Shown here: positions 63,386-64,000 of the stretch, one piece after another | Numbering within the stretch: the first letter of the stretch is position 1 | Layout: each line of letters opens with the position of its first letter | Source of the DNA: Candidatus Bathyarchaeota archaeon | Lineage (GTDB): Archaea > Thermoproteota > Bathyarchaeia > Bathyarchaeales > Bathycorpusculaceae | Direction: 5' to 3' | DNA: 64,000 nucleotides | Assembly (NCBI GenBank): GCA_963806535.1 | Contig: CAWDYC010000009.1 | Location: forward strand, 64,001-128,000 | The notes under the pieces: generated by a model | Databases searched by the model: none | Told to the model about the DNA's origin: nothing | What the model saw: only the letters and a program-made list of their open reading frames with translations | Translations under genes and position numbers: made by a program

Positions 63386-64000
63386 TTAGGTTTTCCTTTT
63401 CTCTATTTCAAAATTCTGTTTTAGAAACACCATGGAATTAGCTGGCAAATCTCGCTCAACCATAAAGTTTGGTCCCACCCAACTATTGACGCCTACCTTT
63501 ACGCCAGGCATAAACAACGACTTAATTCCCGTTTTCACGTTGTCGCCCAGCACTGCGCCGAGTTTTCTTCTGCCAGTGTTAACCAACTGGTCTTTTACCA
63601 TCATTTTGATTGAGCCAGCATCTAAACGGTAATTAGCCATAACAGTGCCTGCGCCCAAATTGCAGTGCTCACCAAGAATGCTGTCGCCAACATAAGATAA
63701 ATGTCCAACATGAGTGTTGTCCATAATGATGCTATTTTTGATTTCGCAAGCGTTGCCTACACGAACATTTTTGCCTAAACTTGTCCCAGGTCGAATGTAA
63801 CAATTAGGTCCAATGTCGCATTCTTCATCGATAAAGCAGGGTCCTTCAATATATGCGCCGGAACGAATACGAGCTGATTCTGCAACTGAAACTGGACCGA
63901 TCAGGTGAGCACCTTGTTCAATTGTTCCCAAAACTTGGAGATCCATGCGTTTAAGCGCCCAATTGTTAGCGTCAAGCAAATCCCAAGGTCTGCCCACATC
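63386..64000 (-). CDS. GlmU-like sugar-phosphate nucleotidyltransferase/acetyltransferase, C-terminal part
   Basis: GRPWDLL, hexapeptide repeats, HLSYVGDS, GAGT..AN.R, TGRRKLGA. Confidence 0.88.
   Translation of the reverse strand, partial: DVGRPWDLLDANNWALKRMDLQVLGTIEQGAHLIGPVSVAESARIRSGAYIEGPCFIDEECDIGPNCYIRPGTSLGKNVRVGNACEIKNSIIMDNTHVGHLSYVGDSILGEHCNLGAGTVMANYRLDAGSIKMMVKDQLVNTGRRKLGAVLGDNVKTGIKSLFMPGVKVGVNSWVGPNFMVERDLPANSMVFLKQNFEIEKRKT

Noticed and set aside
1-64000. Widespread split genes read as pseudogenes, programmed frameshifts or a recoded genetic code
   Set aside because: The breaks I traced are frame changes rather than in-frame stops, they hit essential genes (rpl15e, rnp2, rnp3, porA), and they share no slippery motif. 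Sequencing indel error is the simplest explanation.

Overview
Archaeal chromosomal window, most likely Bathyarchaeia or another TACK lineage. This is inferred from archaeal tgtA, eL15 and eL13, RNase P Rpp30/Pop5, SmAP3, PAC2, and a C1-G72 tRNA-Tyr carrying BHB introns. About 20 genes, including essential ones (rpl15e, rnp3, porA), are broken by small indels, which is best read as long-read consensus error. Layout: (1) 1-13 kb, an AT-rich surface-glycan cluster. (2) 13-18 kb, accessory enzymes. (3) 18.4-27.9 kb, two tandem islands at the 3' end of a two-intron tRNA-Tyr, each bounded by a copy of the tRNA 3' end and lacking an integrase. One carries a nucleotidyltransferase-like three-gene operon plus an AbiE toxin-antitoxin pair. 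The other carries an HTH/Cys regulator, a membrane partner and an ABC operon, with a shared palindrome GTAAGCC-N6-GGCTTAC at both promoters. (4) Housekeeping genes pfkA, purA, an HtrA-like protease, SmAP3, PAC2 and tgtA. (5) A small repeat-flanked island at 38.7-41.1 kb that includes an uncalled 58-aa C4C4 RING-like ORF. (6) A beta-CASP RNase, a presenilin-like protease, a 10-bp-phased GTC array and metal-homeostasis genes. (7) The eL15-eL13-RNase P operon with a structured leader, then porGDAB, a radical SAM gene, tRNA-Asn, an MFS transporter and a partial GlmU-like gene. All calls come from reading motifs by eye; no searches were run.
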